A stretch of 64,000 nt of DNA. Source: Candidatus Moraniibacteriota bacterium. Its GTDB lineage: Bacteria > Patescibacteriota > Minisyncoccia > Moranbacterales > GCA-2747515. Below are positions 1 to 9,840 of this stretch, piece after piece. Position numbers and translations under genes: made by a program. The stretch is taken from contig JALVQA010000006.1 of the NCBI GenBank assembly GCA_027031495.1, positions 16,952-80,951 of the forward strand, written 5' to 3'. The notes beneath the pieces were generated by a model. It ran no database searches. It was not told the DNA's origin and saw only the letters and a list, made by a program, of their open reading frames with translations. Position 1 is the first letter of the stretch. Every line of letters starts with the position of its first letter.

Positions 1-451
1 TTTGATAAGTGTGTCTGGTCAAACGCGAGAGTTTGTAGAACCGCCACTGGACTACCGCGCGCTTGACTTTCAGAGCGACCCTCGTGTTGTTGAGGAAGAG
101 CAGGGCATGATCGTAGACGATAAAACGGGCACGCGTATTTATGAGCAAAACAACAAGACAGTCTTTGCAAACTGGGTGTACGTGTCACCGCAGGAGACGG
201 TAACGATTGAATATACGTACGAACTACCATTTCGCATACGCCTAGCACAAAAAGGCGGCGCCGATACATATAGTATTCTTTTCCAAAAACAAGCGGGATC
301 ACGCGGAAGTCGTCTCATCTCGAAAATCAATCTTCCTGAAAACATGCGCTATGTGTGGAGCTATCCTCAGAACACTGGTGATACACAGTGGAAAACAACA
401 CTAAAGACGGACCAATTGCGTGGTGTTGTCCTTGTGCCATCTGGTCAATAA
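1..451 (+). CDS. C-terminal fragment of a CPR DUF4012-like protein (5' truncated by window edge)
   Basis: Open frame from window start; 'YSILFQKQAG' and 'WVYVSPQETVTIEYTYELPF' resemble the beta-rich C-terminus of CPR DUF4012 proteins. Confidence 0.55.
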   Translation, partial: LISVSGQTREFVEPPLDYRALDFQSDPRVVEEEQGMIVDDKTGTRIYEQNNKTVFANWVYVSPQETVTIEYTYELPFRIRLAQKGGADTYSILFQKQAGSRGSRLISKINLPENMRYVWSYPQNTGDTQWKTTLKTDQLRGVVLVPSGQ

Positions 452-511
452 GGATGGTTGGTGGTATACTTGAGCGTTATTTGTAGTAAAATCTTGTTTA
501 AATAGTTATCC

Positions 512-2299
512 ATGGGCACTTTGCTGATAAAATTTTTTCGATATCCGCCAATTAACTCCATTACTTTCGCCGCCTTTATTATGGCGATTGCCGGTATCAT
601 GAGCAGGATACTTGGCTTTGTGCGTGATCGTCTTCTTGCGTCAGCATTTGGCGCTGGCGATGTTCTTGATGTTTATTATGCGGCATTTCGTATTCCTGAT
701 TTTATTTTTGATTTACTTATAGTGGGCGCGCTAAGCTCTGCATTTGTTCCTGTTTTTACAAGTCTCATCACGCGAAAAAAAATAAAAGATGCATGGCGAC
801 TTGCCAGCGGTGTATTTATGATGCTTGCGGGTGCGCTCATCGTTATTGTTCTTGTGCTTTATGTGTTGGCGCCGCATATCATCACTCTTCTTGTACCAGG
901 ATTTGATTCCGAAAAAATCAACATGACGATAACGTTTACGCGCATAATGCTTCTGTCACCGCTTTTTCTTGGTATGAGCGCGCTTTTTGGTGGTATTCTC
1001 ATGTCATTGAAGCGTTTTGTCATTTATTCGCTTGCGCCAATCTTTTATAATATTGGCATTATTTGCGGTATCATCTTTTTTGTGCCACATTTTGGACCGG
1101 TTGGTCTTGCATGGGGTGTTGTTTTTGGTGCATTTCTCCATTTCGTTTCTACGATGCCAGCTGCCATTTTATGTGGTCTCGGTCACTATTTTATCGGCGT
1201 ACGTCGCGCGTGGCGCAATATACACGTACGCCGTGTATTGAAGCTTATGGTGCCACGTGTGTTTGGCGCTGCGTCTGTTCAGATTAGCATGATTGCTGTT
1301 ACATTTTTTGCATCGCTAACAGCAGCTGGCACACTTGCAGCATTTACGTTTGCAAACAATATTAGCTCTATTCCCATAGGGGTTATCGGTGTGCCGTTTG
1401 CTGTTGCTGCTTTTCCAACGTTGAGTGCGTACTTTGCGCAAAAGGACTATGATAAGTTTACGGCGCTTATCATTAAATATATCCGTCGCACAATATTTTT
1501 AATTGTGCCCTTTGTTGTTGTGCTTATCACGTTACGTGCACAGATTGTGCGTGTCGTATTTGGCACCGGAGCCTTTGACTGGCATGATACGATTATGACA
1601 TTCCAGATTCTCGGTATCCTTTCGTGCGCTATTTTTTCACTTTCGCTTATTCCGCTGTTGGCGCGTGCCTTCTATGCCATGCATAATACAGTAGTGCCGG
1701 TCGTTGTCGGCTTTATTAGTGTTGCTGTAACAATTGTCACGATTGTATTCCTCCTGCCACGATGTGACGTCTATGCAATCCCAATCGGTTTTGTTATCGG
1801 CTCATTAACAAACTTCGTTCTACTGTTTATTCTCCTCGAAAAGGCGCTTGCACATAAGACGTTAACGAAGGTGCATAATGCTGTTCTTGGCGCTCTTGGC
1901 GCAATGGCGTGCGCAACTGCTGCAACGTATGTACTGGCGCATTTTGAATCCATAGCGCTTGATAATATGACTGCACTCGTTTTTATTGGTCTTGTTGCAA
2001 CGTGGCTCAGCGTCTTTCTCTTTTGCACAACACTTTTGCGTGTTGATGTTTTTTATGTGCGCATTATTGCCATGGCAATGCTTTCGGCAACAGCGGCGCA
2101 GGTAATTAAATATATTATTGGTACGGTAACGGACTTGAGTACTTTTGGCGAGGTTTTTGTGCAACTCGTTTTTGCTGGTGGTGTAAGCATTGGCGTCTAT
2201 CTTTTCTTGGGTTATGTGCTGCATATTGATGAATTTTTTGTTTTACGTGCGCGTGTAATTAAGTTTATTTTGCGCAGAAATCTCCAAGAAGAAAAGTAG
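512..2299 (+). CDS. murJ: Lipid II flippase MurJ/MviN
   Basis: SRILGFVRD, YYAAFRIPD, GALSSAFVPVF and RAFYA motifs; highly hydrophobic multi-TM protein. Confidence 0.95.
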   Translation: MGTLLIKFFRYPPINSITFAAFIMAIAGIMSRILGFVRDRLLASAFGAGDVLDVYYAAFRIPDFIFDLLIVGALSSAFVPVFTSLITRKKIKDAWRLASGVFMMLAGALIVIVLVLYVLAPHIITLLVPGFDSEKINMTITFTRIMLLSPLFLGMSALFGGILMSLKRFVIYSLAPIFYNIGIICGIIFFVPHFGPVGLAWGVVFGAFLHFVSTMPAAILCGLGHYFIGVRRAWRNIHVRRVLKLMVPRVFGAASVQISMIAVTFFASLTAAGTLAAFTFANNISSIPIGVIGVPFAVAAFPTLSAYFAQKDYDKFTALIIKYIRRTIFLIVPFVVVLITLRAQIVRVVFGTGAFDWHDTIMTFQILGILSCAIFSLSLIPLLARAFYAMHNTVVPVVVGFISVAVTIVTIVFLLPRCDVYAIPIGFVIGSLTNFVLLFILLEKALAHKTLTKVHNAVLGALGAMACATAATYVLAHFESIALDNMTALVFIGLVATWLSVFLFCTTLLRVDVFYVRIIAMAMLSATAAQVIKYIIGTVTDLSTFGEVFVQLVFAGGVSIGVYLFLGYVLHIDEFFVLRARVIKFILRRNLQEEK

Positions 2300-2325
2300 A
2301 CAAAATTGTATATTTATTGTATACT
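2297..2325 (+). promoter_or_regulatory. Sigma70-type promoter for orphan ORF 2357
   Basis: TAGACA-17nt-TATACT, followed by AGGAGG at 2344-2349. Confidence 0.5.
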
Positions 2326-2356
2326 GCACGTACGTACATTACTAGGAGGAAAAAAG

Positions 2357-2644
2357 ATGCAAGTACAATACGTGAGTGTTAAACGCACACAACGCTCACA
2401 GCAGTACCCCTTTATTATGATCATTAGAATTAATGGTAAAGAGAAAAAGATTTATCTTTACTATTATAATGGTCGTTACTGGGCAAAATCTATGTCGCGT
2501 GGCGTCAATATGAAACCGCTTATCAAACGCGCTAATTGTGATATTGCGCGGCTGGAAAGAGAAAAGAGTGGCGAGTCGCTGCGTAAAAATAATGCTCTTA
2601 TCAGGCAGGCAGCGGCATTTGCGCGGCGTCACCCAAATGATTGA
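2357..2644 (+). CDS. Small basic hypothetical protein (95 aa)
   Basis: ATG at 2357 follows AGGAGG; own promoter and terminator; the ORF-track start 2306 is an upstream TTG. Confidence 0.65.
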   Translation: MQVQYVSVKRTQRSQQYPFIMIIRINGKEKKIYLYYYNGRYWAKSMSRGVNMKPLIKRANCDIARLEREKSGESLRKNNALIRQAAAFARRHPND

Positions 2645-2658
2645 TTACCATTGTCAAT

Positions 2659-2688
2659 GGCTCTACTGCGCGGTAGAGCCTCTTTTTT
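2659..2688 (+). terminator. Intrinsic terminator
   Basis: GGCTCTAC-tgcgcg-GTAGAGCC followed by TCTTTTTT. Confidence 0.8.
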
Positions 2689-2717
2689 CAGAGTGAAACA
2701 TATATATCTAGTTTAGT

Positions 2718-3110
2718 ATGACACGACAAAAACATGTAAAGAGACACCGCTACTCACCATATGCGACTTATGGCTACAGTGGTATTTTTGGCGGTGTAGT
2801 CCTATTTTTGTGTGCACTGTATTATGGTGTTGTGTGGTGGGTGGCGTATTTTATTGCCATTAATAGCACGGCATTTGCTCTCTTTGGTTTTGATAAAGCG
2901 ATTGCCGGTGGACGTCATATGCGTGTGCCGGAACGTGTATTTTATATCCTCGCCATTGCTGGCGCATCACCGGCACTCTTTGTAGGGCAGTTCCTCTTTC
3001 ATCACAAGACAATCAAGACGTCTTTTCGTATCGTATTTTTTCTCATTATTGCCGCGCAATGTGTTGCTGTGCTATATCTGTTTTCTCACTATGATATATT
3101 TACGTTTTGA
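2718..3110 (+). CDS. DUF1294 family membrane protein
   Basis: FGFDKAIA...RVPE...GASPA...HHKTIK pattern. Confidence 0.85.
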   Translation: MTRQKHVKRHRYSPYATYGYSGIFGGVVLFLCALYYGVVWWVAYFIAINSTAFALFGFDKAIAGGRHMRVPERVFYILAIAGASPALFVGQFLFHHKTIKTSFRIVFFLIIAAQCVAVLYLFSHYDIFTF

Positions 3111-3170
3111 TGGCAATTTTTGCTCTTAACATGGTACAATAGGGGAAGTGAGTAGTTACAGTTCTATTCT

Positions 3171-4733
3171 ATGCAAAAAAAGACTGTTATAAGAAGTGTT
3201 TTAATCATCGTTGTTGTCATTGGTGCGTTTTTACGTTTCTGGCATCTTGGCGCCGTACCTTTTCGTGCTGATGAATTTCTGGATATCAATGCGACAGTTG
3301 GCTACGTGCATACGGGCATGTGGCAAGCATGGGACCATAATATGGGTGATGTAAGTACGCGTGTTAATTCGGCGAGTGACCATCGCGCATGGCTCTATCG
3401 CTGGCAGGTTGCATTTCTCTTTAAATACTTTCCGCCGACAGAGGCGGTTGCGCGCAGCGTAAGCGCGTTGTGGGGTGTGCTGACAATCATTCTTATTTAC
3501 TTTGTAGCGGCGTCACTCACGCAACGACGAGCAATCGGTCTTATCAGTGCTGCACTGTATGCCGTAAGTGTAAGTGCAATTGAGGTTGATCGTACACTGC
3601 GCATGTATGCCATGTTTGCGCCGGTTTTTTTGGCGTTCTCATGGGCAACATTTTTGACACTTGAGCGTACACCAAAAGTTGCATTCCTGAAAAAAATATG
3701 GCGCATTTTTGGTGTGCATATTGGTTATGGTATCGTTGCGCTTGTACTCGGCATGCTTTCTTTGCATTTGCACGCCCTTACAGCAAATATTGTGTTTGTA
3801 ATTGTTGGATATATTGTGTTAATGGGGTTCGTCACATGGCGCGCCGGTGTCACATGGCGTGACAATCGTTACGTGAAACTTCTTGCTCTTGTTTTTGGTA
3901 CACTGGCAGGTCTTTTCATTATACTGCCACAGATGGTAGCATCTTTTACTGCCGGTATCGTGTTATGGGAAAATCACTGGCACTATATTGGGCATGTGCT
4001 TCGCGACTATGCTCATCCACTCATGGGTGTTGCGCTTTATATTATCGGTATATCGTTTTTGTGGTATGGGGGAACATCTGCACAAAGGCGTGGCGCGGCG
4101 TGGATTGATGCGACGACTAGCATTATTTTGTGTGCAGCCATCTTTTTGTGGCGACGCAATGTGGGACCACAGTATATCTTTTTTGTGCAGCCATTTATTA
4201 TGATGGGTGTTGCGAGTGGTATTTACTATGGCGCACGTTACCTACAAAGAAAAATGCATGATCGTCGCGCGTTTATTGTTGCACTCCTGTGTGCGGCGAT
4301 TTTTGTGCCGCATTATGGTTACTTCTTTCGCGAAAACAACACATACCATATCACGTCACATGCAGAAATGCCTAATTACCGCAAAGTTTTTACATATATT
4401 ACAAAACACGCTAAAGATGGCGATGTTTTAATTACACGGAATTTTCGTAATTACTACTGGAGTGGTGCTCACATAAAAACATTTGATTTTGGCTCCGAGC
4501 GAAGCGAAGAGGCGCTTAAAGCTGAAGGGAAGGTTGCAAAAGTTACACGCGCATATCTTGAGAGCATTGTTGAGAAATACCCACACGGATGGTTCGTTTT
4601 TTCTGAAAATGATGAAAAATTTATTACTAAAGAGGTGCGTGCGTATGCCCAAAAGCACTTTGAAAAAGTGTCACACGCAAATGTACGCGGTCCTATAACA
4701 GTATATCGGTGGGACATATCTAATCGTATGTAA
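3171..4733 (+). CDS. GT-C superfamily (ArnT/PMT-like) glycosyltransferase
   Basis: LRFWHLG...ADE acidic first loop, RMY motif, multiple TM segments. Confidence 0.8.
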   Translation: MQKKTVIRSVLIIVVVIGAFLRFWHLGAVPFRADEFLDINATVGYVHTGMWQAWDHNMGDVSTRVNSASDHRAWLYRWQVAFLFKYFPPTEAVARSVSALWGVLTIILIYFVAASLTQRRAIGLISAALYAVSVSAIEVDRTLRMYAMFAPVFLAFSWATFLTLERTPKVAFLKKIWRIFGVHIGYGIVALVLGMLSLHLHALTANIVFVIVGYIVLMGFVTWRAGVTWRDNRYVKLLALVFGTLAGLFIILPQMVASFTAGIVLWENHWHYIGHVLRDYAHPLMGVALYIIGISFLWYGGTSAQRRGAAWIDATTSIILCAAIFLWRRNVGPQYIFFVQPFIMMGVASGIYYGARYLQRKMHDRRAFIVALLCAAIFVPHYGYFFRENNTYHITSHAEMPNYRKVFTYITKHAKDGDVLITRNFRNYYWSGAHIKTFDFGSERSEEALKAEGKVAKVTRAYLESIVEKYPHGWFVFSENDEKFITKEVRAYAQKHFEKVSHANVRGPITVYRWDISNRM

Positions 4734-4734
4734 T

Positions 4735-6531
4735 ATGGAATTATTTGATTTTTTGAAGCAAAAACGCATCTATATTGTTGGTTGCATAATTTTCTGTCTC
4801 GCTCTTTTTGTACGCTTTTTTCATGTGGGAGACTGGCTTCACTATGAATTGGATCAAGCGCGTGATTTTCGCATTATTCATGCCGCAATAGAATACGGTC
4901 CGGGTGATCTTCCATTGCAAGGTCCGAAGGCTGCCGGCAATGTTGTTATCCCCGATGAGAACGGTAACCTAACGGATAAGACAACACTTCGTCTCGGCCC
5001 ACTTTTCTACTATATTGAGTATGTGAGTGCACTGCTCTTTGGCGCAACGCCCCTTGGCGCGGTTATATTGATTGTTATTCTATCAACGCTCACCGTGCCA
5101 CTCTTTTACGTTTTTGCGCGACGCTTTTTTACGCAATCTATAGCACTTGGCTTGAGCGCAATTATGGCAAGTAGTCTCTTTTTTGTAACATACAGTCGCT
5201 TTGGGTGGAATCCAAATCTTATGCCGTTTTTCATGCTTCTTTTTGGCTACAGTCTTTTGCGCGTAACGGATATACATAGCACGTGGCGGGGGTGGTGGCT
5301 TGTGAGTGCGGCCTGTGCACTTGCCTTTGTGGGACATATGCATTTTCTTGCGTTTATAGCAGCGCCACTTATAGGTATTGCATATCTTTTATGGTCATGG
5401 AAACGTCTTGTCGGGCCGCATCGCATAGCGCTGCGCTTTTGGTGTATGGCGTGTGTTCTCTTTGTTTTTTTACAAGCGCCTCTCATTATCAATGACATAA
5501 AAACGCATGGTGAAAACACGAAAGCATTTATTGCCGCTCTTACACAGAAATCAAGTAAGGATACTCACACATTGCCGGAGAAGATTATACGTAACATTGG
5601 CAATCATGCAAAATACTACTGGATTATTGTTACGGGCGATCAACGTGCGGAACTGCCAACAATTAAGGGGCATGACATCAAATGCGATCAAGTATGTCGT
5701 GATGGTCTTGCACGCGGTGGTGTTGCTTTGATAATGATTATTGCCGGCATTGTTGCATGGGCATTGCTCTATCAACGTGAAACGGATACACGGAGGAGAG
5801 ATTTTTTGCGCCTTACGATTTTGTGGGCCGGTATTGTGTTTGCGCTCTATATTCCACTTGCTTACGCAATGGCACCTCGCTTCTTTCTTTTGCACGGGGT
5901 GGTAGCACTTATATTCTTCGGCTTTGTCGTTCAGTTGCGCTTTGAGAGTGCGCATCGTTATAGCCGTGCTATTGGTTATGCAATCATTATTCTTTCTGTT
6001 ATTTCCAACCTTATCTACATTGCGCAAGATTTTGCGCAGCGTGCGCGTGCTGCAACAGATGAACATCTACGCATTCAAACTGACTATATTCTCAAAGAAA
6101 AGACGCGCATGCCATTTGAGCAAATGGTGGCTATTGTTGACTATATTGCGCAACGACATAAAGAGACCGGTATGCCGGTATGGCTACACGGACAACCAGA
6201 GTTTAAGCGTGCTCTATGGGAACGTCTTGATACTGCCGGTGTGCCGCGTTTTAGTGCGCCGGTGGATTTAAAGCATGCTTTTAAGCACGGTCTTTACTTT
6301 GTCGTCATTCGTTCTCAATCGGATCATGATGCATATTTGCGCAAAGTAAAAGAAAATGCAGATATCTTACAGCGACGTACATTCGGTACATTGACGCTTT
6401 ACGAACTTGTACCACACAGTGATGTTGCTATAGCTAAGAAGCCAGAGATTTATGTCAAACAAAGAGATCCTCACTTTAGCTCCAGTGCACAGAAGCGTTA
6501 TCTCTGGCGACAAATTTTTGAGAATAAATAA
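4735..6531 (+). CDS. GT-C superfamily (ArnT/PMT-like) glycosyltransferase
   Basis: ELDQARD first loop, LGPLFYY, YSRFGWNPN, multi-TM; 1-nt gap from previous gene. Confidence 0.8.
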   Translation: MELFDFLKQKRIYIVGCIIFCLALFVRFFHVGDWLHYELDQARDFRIIHAAIEYGPGDLPLQGPKAAGNVVIPDENGNLTDKTTLRLGPLFYYIEYVSALLFGATPLGAVILIVILSTLTVPLFYVFARRFFTQSIALGLSAIMASSLFFVTYSRFGWNPNLMPFFMLLFGYSLLRVTDIHSTWRGWWLVSAACALAFVGHMHFLAFIAAPLIGIAYLLWSWKRLVGPHRIALRFWCMACVLFVFLQAPLIINDIKTHGENTKAFIAALTQKSSKDTHTLPEKIIRNIGNHAKYYWIIVTGDQRAELPTIKGHDIKCDQVCRDGLARGGVALIMIIAGIVAWALLYQRETDTRRRDFLRLTILWAGIVFALYIPLAYAMAPRFFLLHGVVALIFFGFVVQLRFESAHRYSRAIGYAIIILSVISNLIYIAQDFAQRARAATDEHLRIQTDYILKEKTRMPFEQMVAIVDYIAQRHKETGMPVWLHGQPEFKRALWERLDTAGVPRFSAPVDLKHAFKHGLYFVVIRSQSDHDAYLRKVKENADILQRRTFGTLTLYELVPHSDVAIAKKPEIYVKQRDPHFSSSAQKRYLWRQIFENK

Positions 6532-6542
6532 GATTCTTAGTG

Positions 6543-7739
6543 CTATCTGTCTTCTCTTGCCACGCGCATCGTATTGAGCGCATTGAGTGCAAGCGCCGCA
6601 AGTGCCGCAAGTGCAAAAAGAATTTGCAGGTTGATTGTAAAGAAATACGTCAATATAATAACGATTATGAAAAAAATACTGCGCCCAATCTGTTCTGCAA
6701 CTTCGCGGAGGACAGAGTACTCATCAACGTAATGCCCGCTGCGTTGCGTAAAATCGTACGTTATAGCTTCAAACGGTGTGTTTACAAAAATGCGTGTGAT
6801 GCGATGGTAGAGGTCGGCGACAAATATGTGAAAAGCGGTAGTAACAAAAAGTTTTGCAATCCAGCCAAGTGCGTAGAAGACACTCCCGATATGAAGAACA
6901 TTCCTGCGCGGTAACTTATCTGTCAAGCGACCTGTAAAAAGTTGAAAGATGATGCTAAGCATGATAACGGCGGAGGAGAGAATACCGATGTCCATATATT
7001 TCCCATGCAAAAGAAGATAAACAACAATCGGCCATATAACAATTTGAATACTCGTTTCTATGCCCTCTGCAATGTATGCGCCGACAAAAGCGCGGTTTTT
7101 TCGTGCGACAAGTTCTTGCCACGTTTTATGTATGGTCCATGTAAAACATTCTTTTATGCGCGGAAGGAGAAAAATAGGGATAGCAGCGGCAACGTGGACA
7201 ATGATGCCGATGATAAAAAGTATCTCAAATGACCATGTGCTTACAATAAATGCTGCGACGAGTGGTGTAATAATATTTGCGAGACTCATGAGCGATTCGC
7301 GCAGACTCGCTTCGCGCGCACGATTATCTGCATCGGAGAGGATGGCAAAGTCCGTAAAGTACGGTACCCAATAAAAGAGGCGAAACGCAATACTTGCAAT
7401 GCATAAAATGGTGAAAAAAAGAAGAGTATTGTGTGTGTGGTCCATAAAGGCACTGATGCCATAGAAAACTGCACCAAGAAATGTGCCGAGAATAAGTGAT
7501 GTGCGCATGCCGATGCGTGTGACAATAAAGCGCATAACAAAAGGCGCAAGTACGCCATAAAGGCCGTAGCTGAAAAGGTAAAATGTTGCAAGAAGAGTGA
7601 TGTTTTCATTCAGCGCCTTATAGAGAAAGATTGGTAAAAAAATACCAAAGAGGCCGGCAGCAAACGAAAGAATCACTCTATGTATAATGAGCGCGCGCAG
7701 TGGTGTTGAAAGTTTATGATCTGTGTAACGGATGTGCAT
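6543..7739 (-). CDS. MFS transporter
   Basis: About 12 TM segments; GRLTDKLPRR motif-A-like loop. Confidence 0.8.
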   Translation of the reverse strand: MHIRYTDHKLSTPLRALIIHRVILSFAAGLFGIFLPIFLYKALNENITLLATFYLFSYGLYGVLAPFVMRFIVTRIGMRTSLILGTFLGAVFYGISAFMDHTHNTLLFFTILCIASIAFRLFYWVPYFTDFAILSDADNRAREASLRESLMSLANIITPLVAAFIVSTWSFEILFIIGIIVHVAAAIPIFLLPRIKECFTWTIHKTWQELVARKNRAFVGAYIAEGIETSIQIVIWPIVVYLLLHGKYMDIGILSSAVIMLSIIFQLFTGRLTDKLPRRNVLHIGSVFYALGWIAKLFVTTAFHIFVADLYHRITRIFVNTPFEAITYDFTQRSGHYVDEYSVLREVAEQIGRSIFFIIVIILTYFFTINLQILFALAALAALALNALNTMRVAREDR

Positions 7740-7745
7740 AGTAAT

Positions 7746-9194
7746 CTATGTACGTTGTTTAATGTATGTAATATCGTCCAGTGTAAGCTCTCTTGTGACG
7801 ATGAGGATTGCTGTGTATATGAGCAGTGCTATGAACGCGCTTATAACGAAGAATATGTGCGTATGTGTCAGTAGCCATGCGCTATAAGCGGTGATTGTGC
7901 ACGCAAAGAGAACGCGTATAATTGTTCTGAGAGGGATAGCTGCTCTGAATATTTTGTACGTAAGAAGGAGACTAGCGCTTCCCATAAGAAATGACGTGAG
8001 AGAAAAGATGAGCGCTGTCGCGGTGATGCCGTAGTGCGGCAGAAAAATCATATTTGCACTGATACTTATAACAACAGCACTTGCTGCAATGGATGCCGTG
8101 ATGTATGTGTATCCGGCGCCATTAAAGACAGCAGCGAGAATATAGAAAAATGCTCCAAAGACGGTACCGCCAATCATGAGCGGTACAAGTGCTGCACTCG
8201 AGGCAAACGCCTCACCAAAAAAAAGTGTGACAAGTGGTTGTGCAAAAAACGTTATAAGAATTGCAGATGGCATTATGAGCAGAAAAACAAAGCGTAAGAC
8301 GGCTTTAATGAGAGATGCTGCTTTTACGTTTAGTGTTTTTGTGCGCTCTGATATGGTAGGGAAGAGCATGAATGTAAGTGCAAAAAACAAATAGTAGGGT
8401 ATGAGGGAAATGGTCATTGCCGCACTGTAGATACCTGTTGCCATATCACTCTTAAGAAGTGCTTTGATAAGATAGATGTCTGTGCGTACGTAGAATTCAT
8501 AAAAGAGAGTAAAGAGCATGAAGCCACCAGCATATGAGAGGATTTTTTGTGGTGGATAAGGAAACGAAAAGAGAGAGTGTTTCTTTGTTTTTTTCTCGTG
8601 CAGTGGGTGGATGCTGTCAATAATAAGGGCAATGCCAAAAACACAGAGTGGTGCAATGATCGCGCCACTAAGTGCGCCCTTTACGCCAAAATAGAAAGCG
8701 AGACCGAGAATCCAAGCAACACGGAAGAGGCCGCGTGACATCTTAAGCGCTGCCATGGCACCAAAACGTTTGTAACCGTTGAAAATGAGAACATGAAATG
8801 ATGAAAGTGCAAAAGCGGGAATGATGAGGGCGCTCAAATGAAAAAGTGGTACAAGTGTGTAATCACCAAGCAGATGTGCGATCAGTGGTGCCGCACTGTA
8901 AAAAACGATTGTGAGAGTGGCTATGAGTACAAGTTGTATAATGGCCGCAGTTCGTATAATGGCATGTGCAGTTGTAGCGTCTTGTTTATGTTCACTGAGT
9001 CGCTTTGCCATTGCAGTTGGTATGCTGCGCCCGACAAAAATGATGACCATTGTTGTAAGCCCGATAACAATGCTGTAGCGACCATAATCAGCCGGCCCTA
9101 AAAGGCGCCCAAGGCCGGCGCTTACGATGTAGCCAGAAAGTGTAAAAATAATTTCGGCAAAAATAAGCCAAAGTGTAGATGTAAGAAGTGACAT
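7746..9194 (-). CDS. Wzx-like oligosaccharide flippase (MOP superfamily)
   Basis: GRLLGPADYG, TGIYSAA, LPHYGITATA; about 14 TM segments. Confidence 0.85.
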   Translation of the reverse strand: MSLLTSTLWLIFAEIIFTLSGYIVSAGLGRLLGPADYGRYSIVIGLTTMVIIFVGRSIPTAMAKRLSEHKQDATTAHAIIRTAAIIQLVLIATLTIVFYSAAPLIAHLLGDYTLVPLFHLSALIIPAFALSSFHVLIFNGYKRFGAMAALKMSRGLFRVAWILGLAFYFGVKGALSGAIIAPLCVFGIALIIDSIHPLHEKKTKKHSLFSFPYPPQKILSYAGGFMLFTLFYEFYVRTDIYLIKALLKSDMATGIYSAAMTISLIPYYLFFALTFMLFPTISERTKTLNVKAASLIKAVLRFVFLLIMPSAILITFFAQPLVTLFFGEAFASSAALVPLMIGGTVFGAFFYILAAVFNGAGYTYITASIAASAVVISISANMIFLPHYGITATALIFSLTSFLMGSASLLLTYKIFRAAIPLRTIIRVLFACTITAYSAWLLTHTHIFFVISAFIALLIYTAILIVTRELTLDDITYIKQRT

Positions 9195-9198
9195 GTCT

Positions 9199-9816
9199 TT
9201 ATGTTAAGTCTCTTTGTTTTATGGTGGTAAGAATGTCATTAAAGACGGTATCCCGATCGTGTGCTGCATCAATAGTATGCATATTCCAGATATCTTTCCG
9301 ATCCCGAAAGAGTTTTGTTTTCGCTTCGAGATACGCGGCTCCCTGTTCCGGCACACGATCACGGCACATAATTTCTTGCACGGGAATCGTAAGGAGGAGA
9401 GAAATGTGTGGTTGCGGAACAATATACTCGAGAATGCTGCGCCTATATTTCCGCGAAAGGTAGCGAATATTGATTACCGTGTCAAAGAAGAAGCGATCGG
9501 AGATGAGTACATCATAACCGTTACGTTTAAGACGTGCAACGAGGTAGTGAAAGCGTATTATGTCAATGATGAGTGCAATTTTACGTAGAACGACTTTGAG
9601 CCATGATGCATGCGTTTGCGAAAGTCCTGTGTCAGCATATGTTTTTTTGTGATTTTTTTCTCTTGGTTTTTGTGGAAGAAGCTTTTGCGCAATAGAAAAC
9701 GTCACGGCATGGAGATAATAGACCTTTTTGCCGTGCGATGTGTAGTATGCGATGAGGCGTTGCACTTGCGTACTTTTGCCGCTTCCATCAACGCCGGAGA
9801 GTGTGATAATGTGCAT
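9199..9816 (-). CDS. Thymidylate-kinase-like P-loop kinase (divergent)
   Basis: GVDGSGKST Walker A and SDRFFFD (DR motif); lacks the usual TREPG segment. Confidence 0.75.
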   Translation of the reverse strand: MHIITLSGVDGSGKSTQVQRLIAYYTSHGKKVYYLHAVTFSIAQKLLPQKPREKNHKKTYADTGLSQTHASWLKVVLRKIALIIDIIRFHYLVARLKRNGYDVLISDRFFFDTVINIRYLSRKYRRSILEYIVPQPHISLLLTIPVQEIMCRDRVPEQGAAYLEAKTKLFRDRKDIWNMHTIDAAHDRDTVFNDILTTIKQRDLT

Positions 9817-9840
9817 AAATCTTGTAATAACACCCTACTT

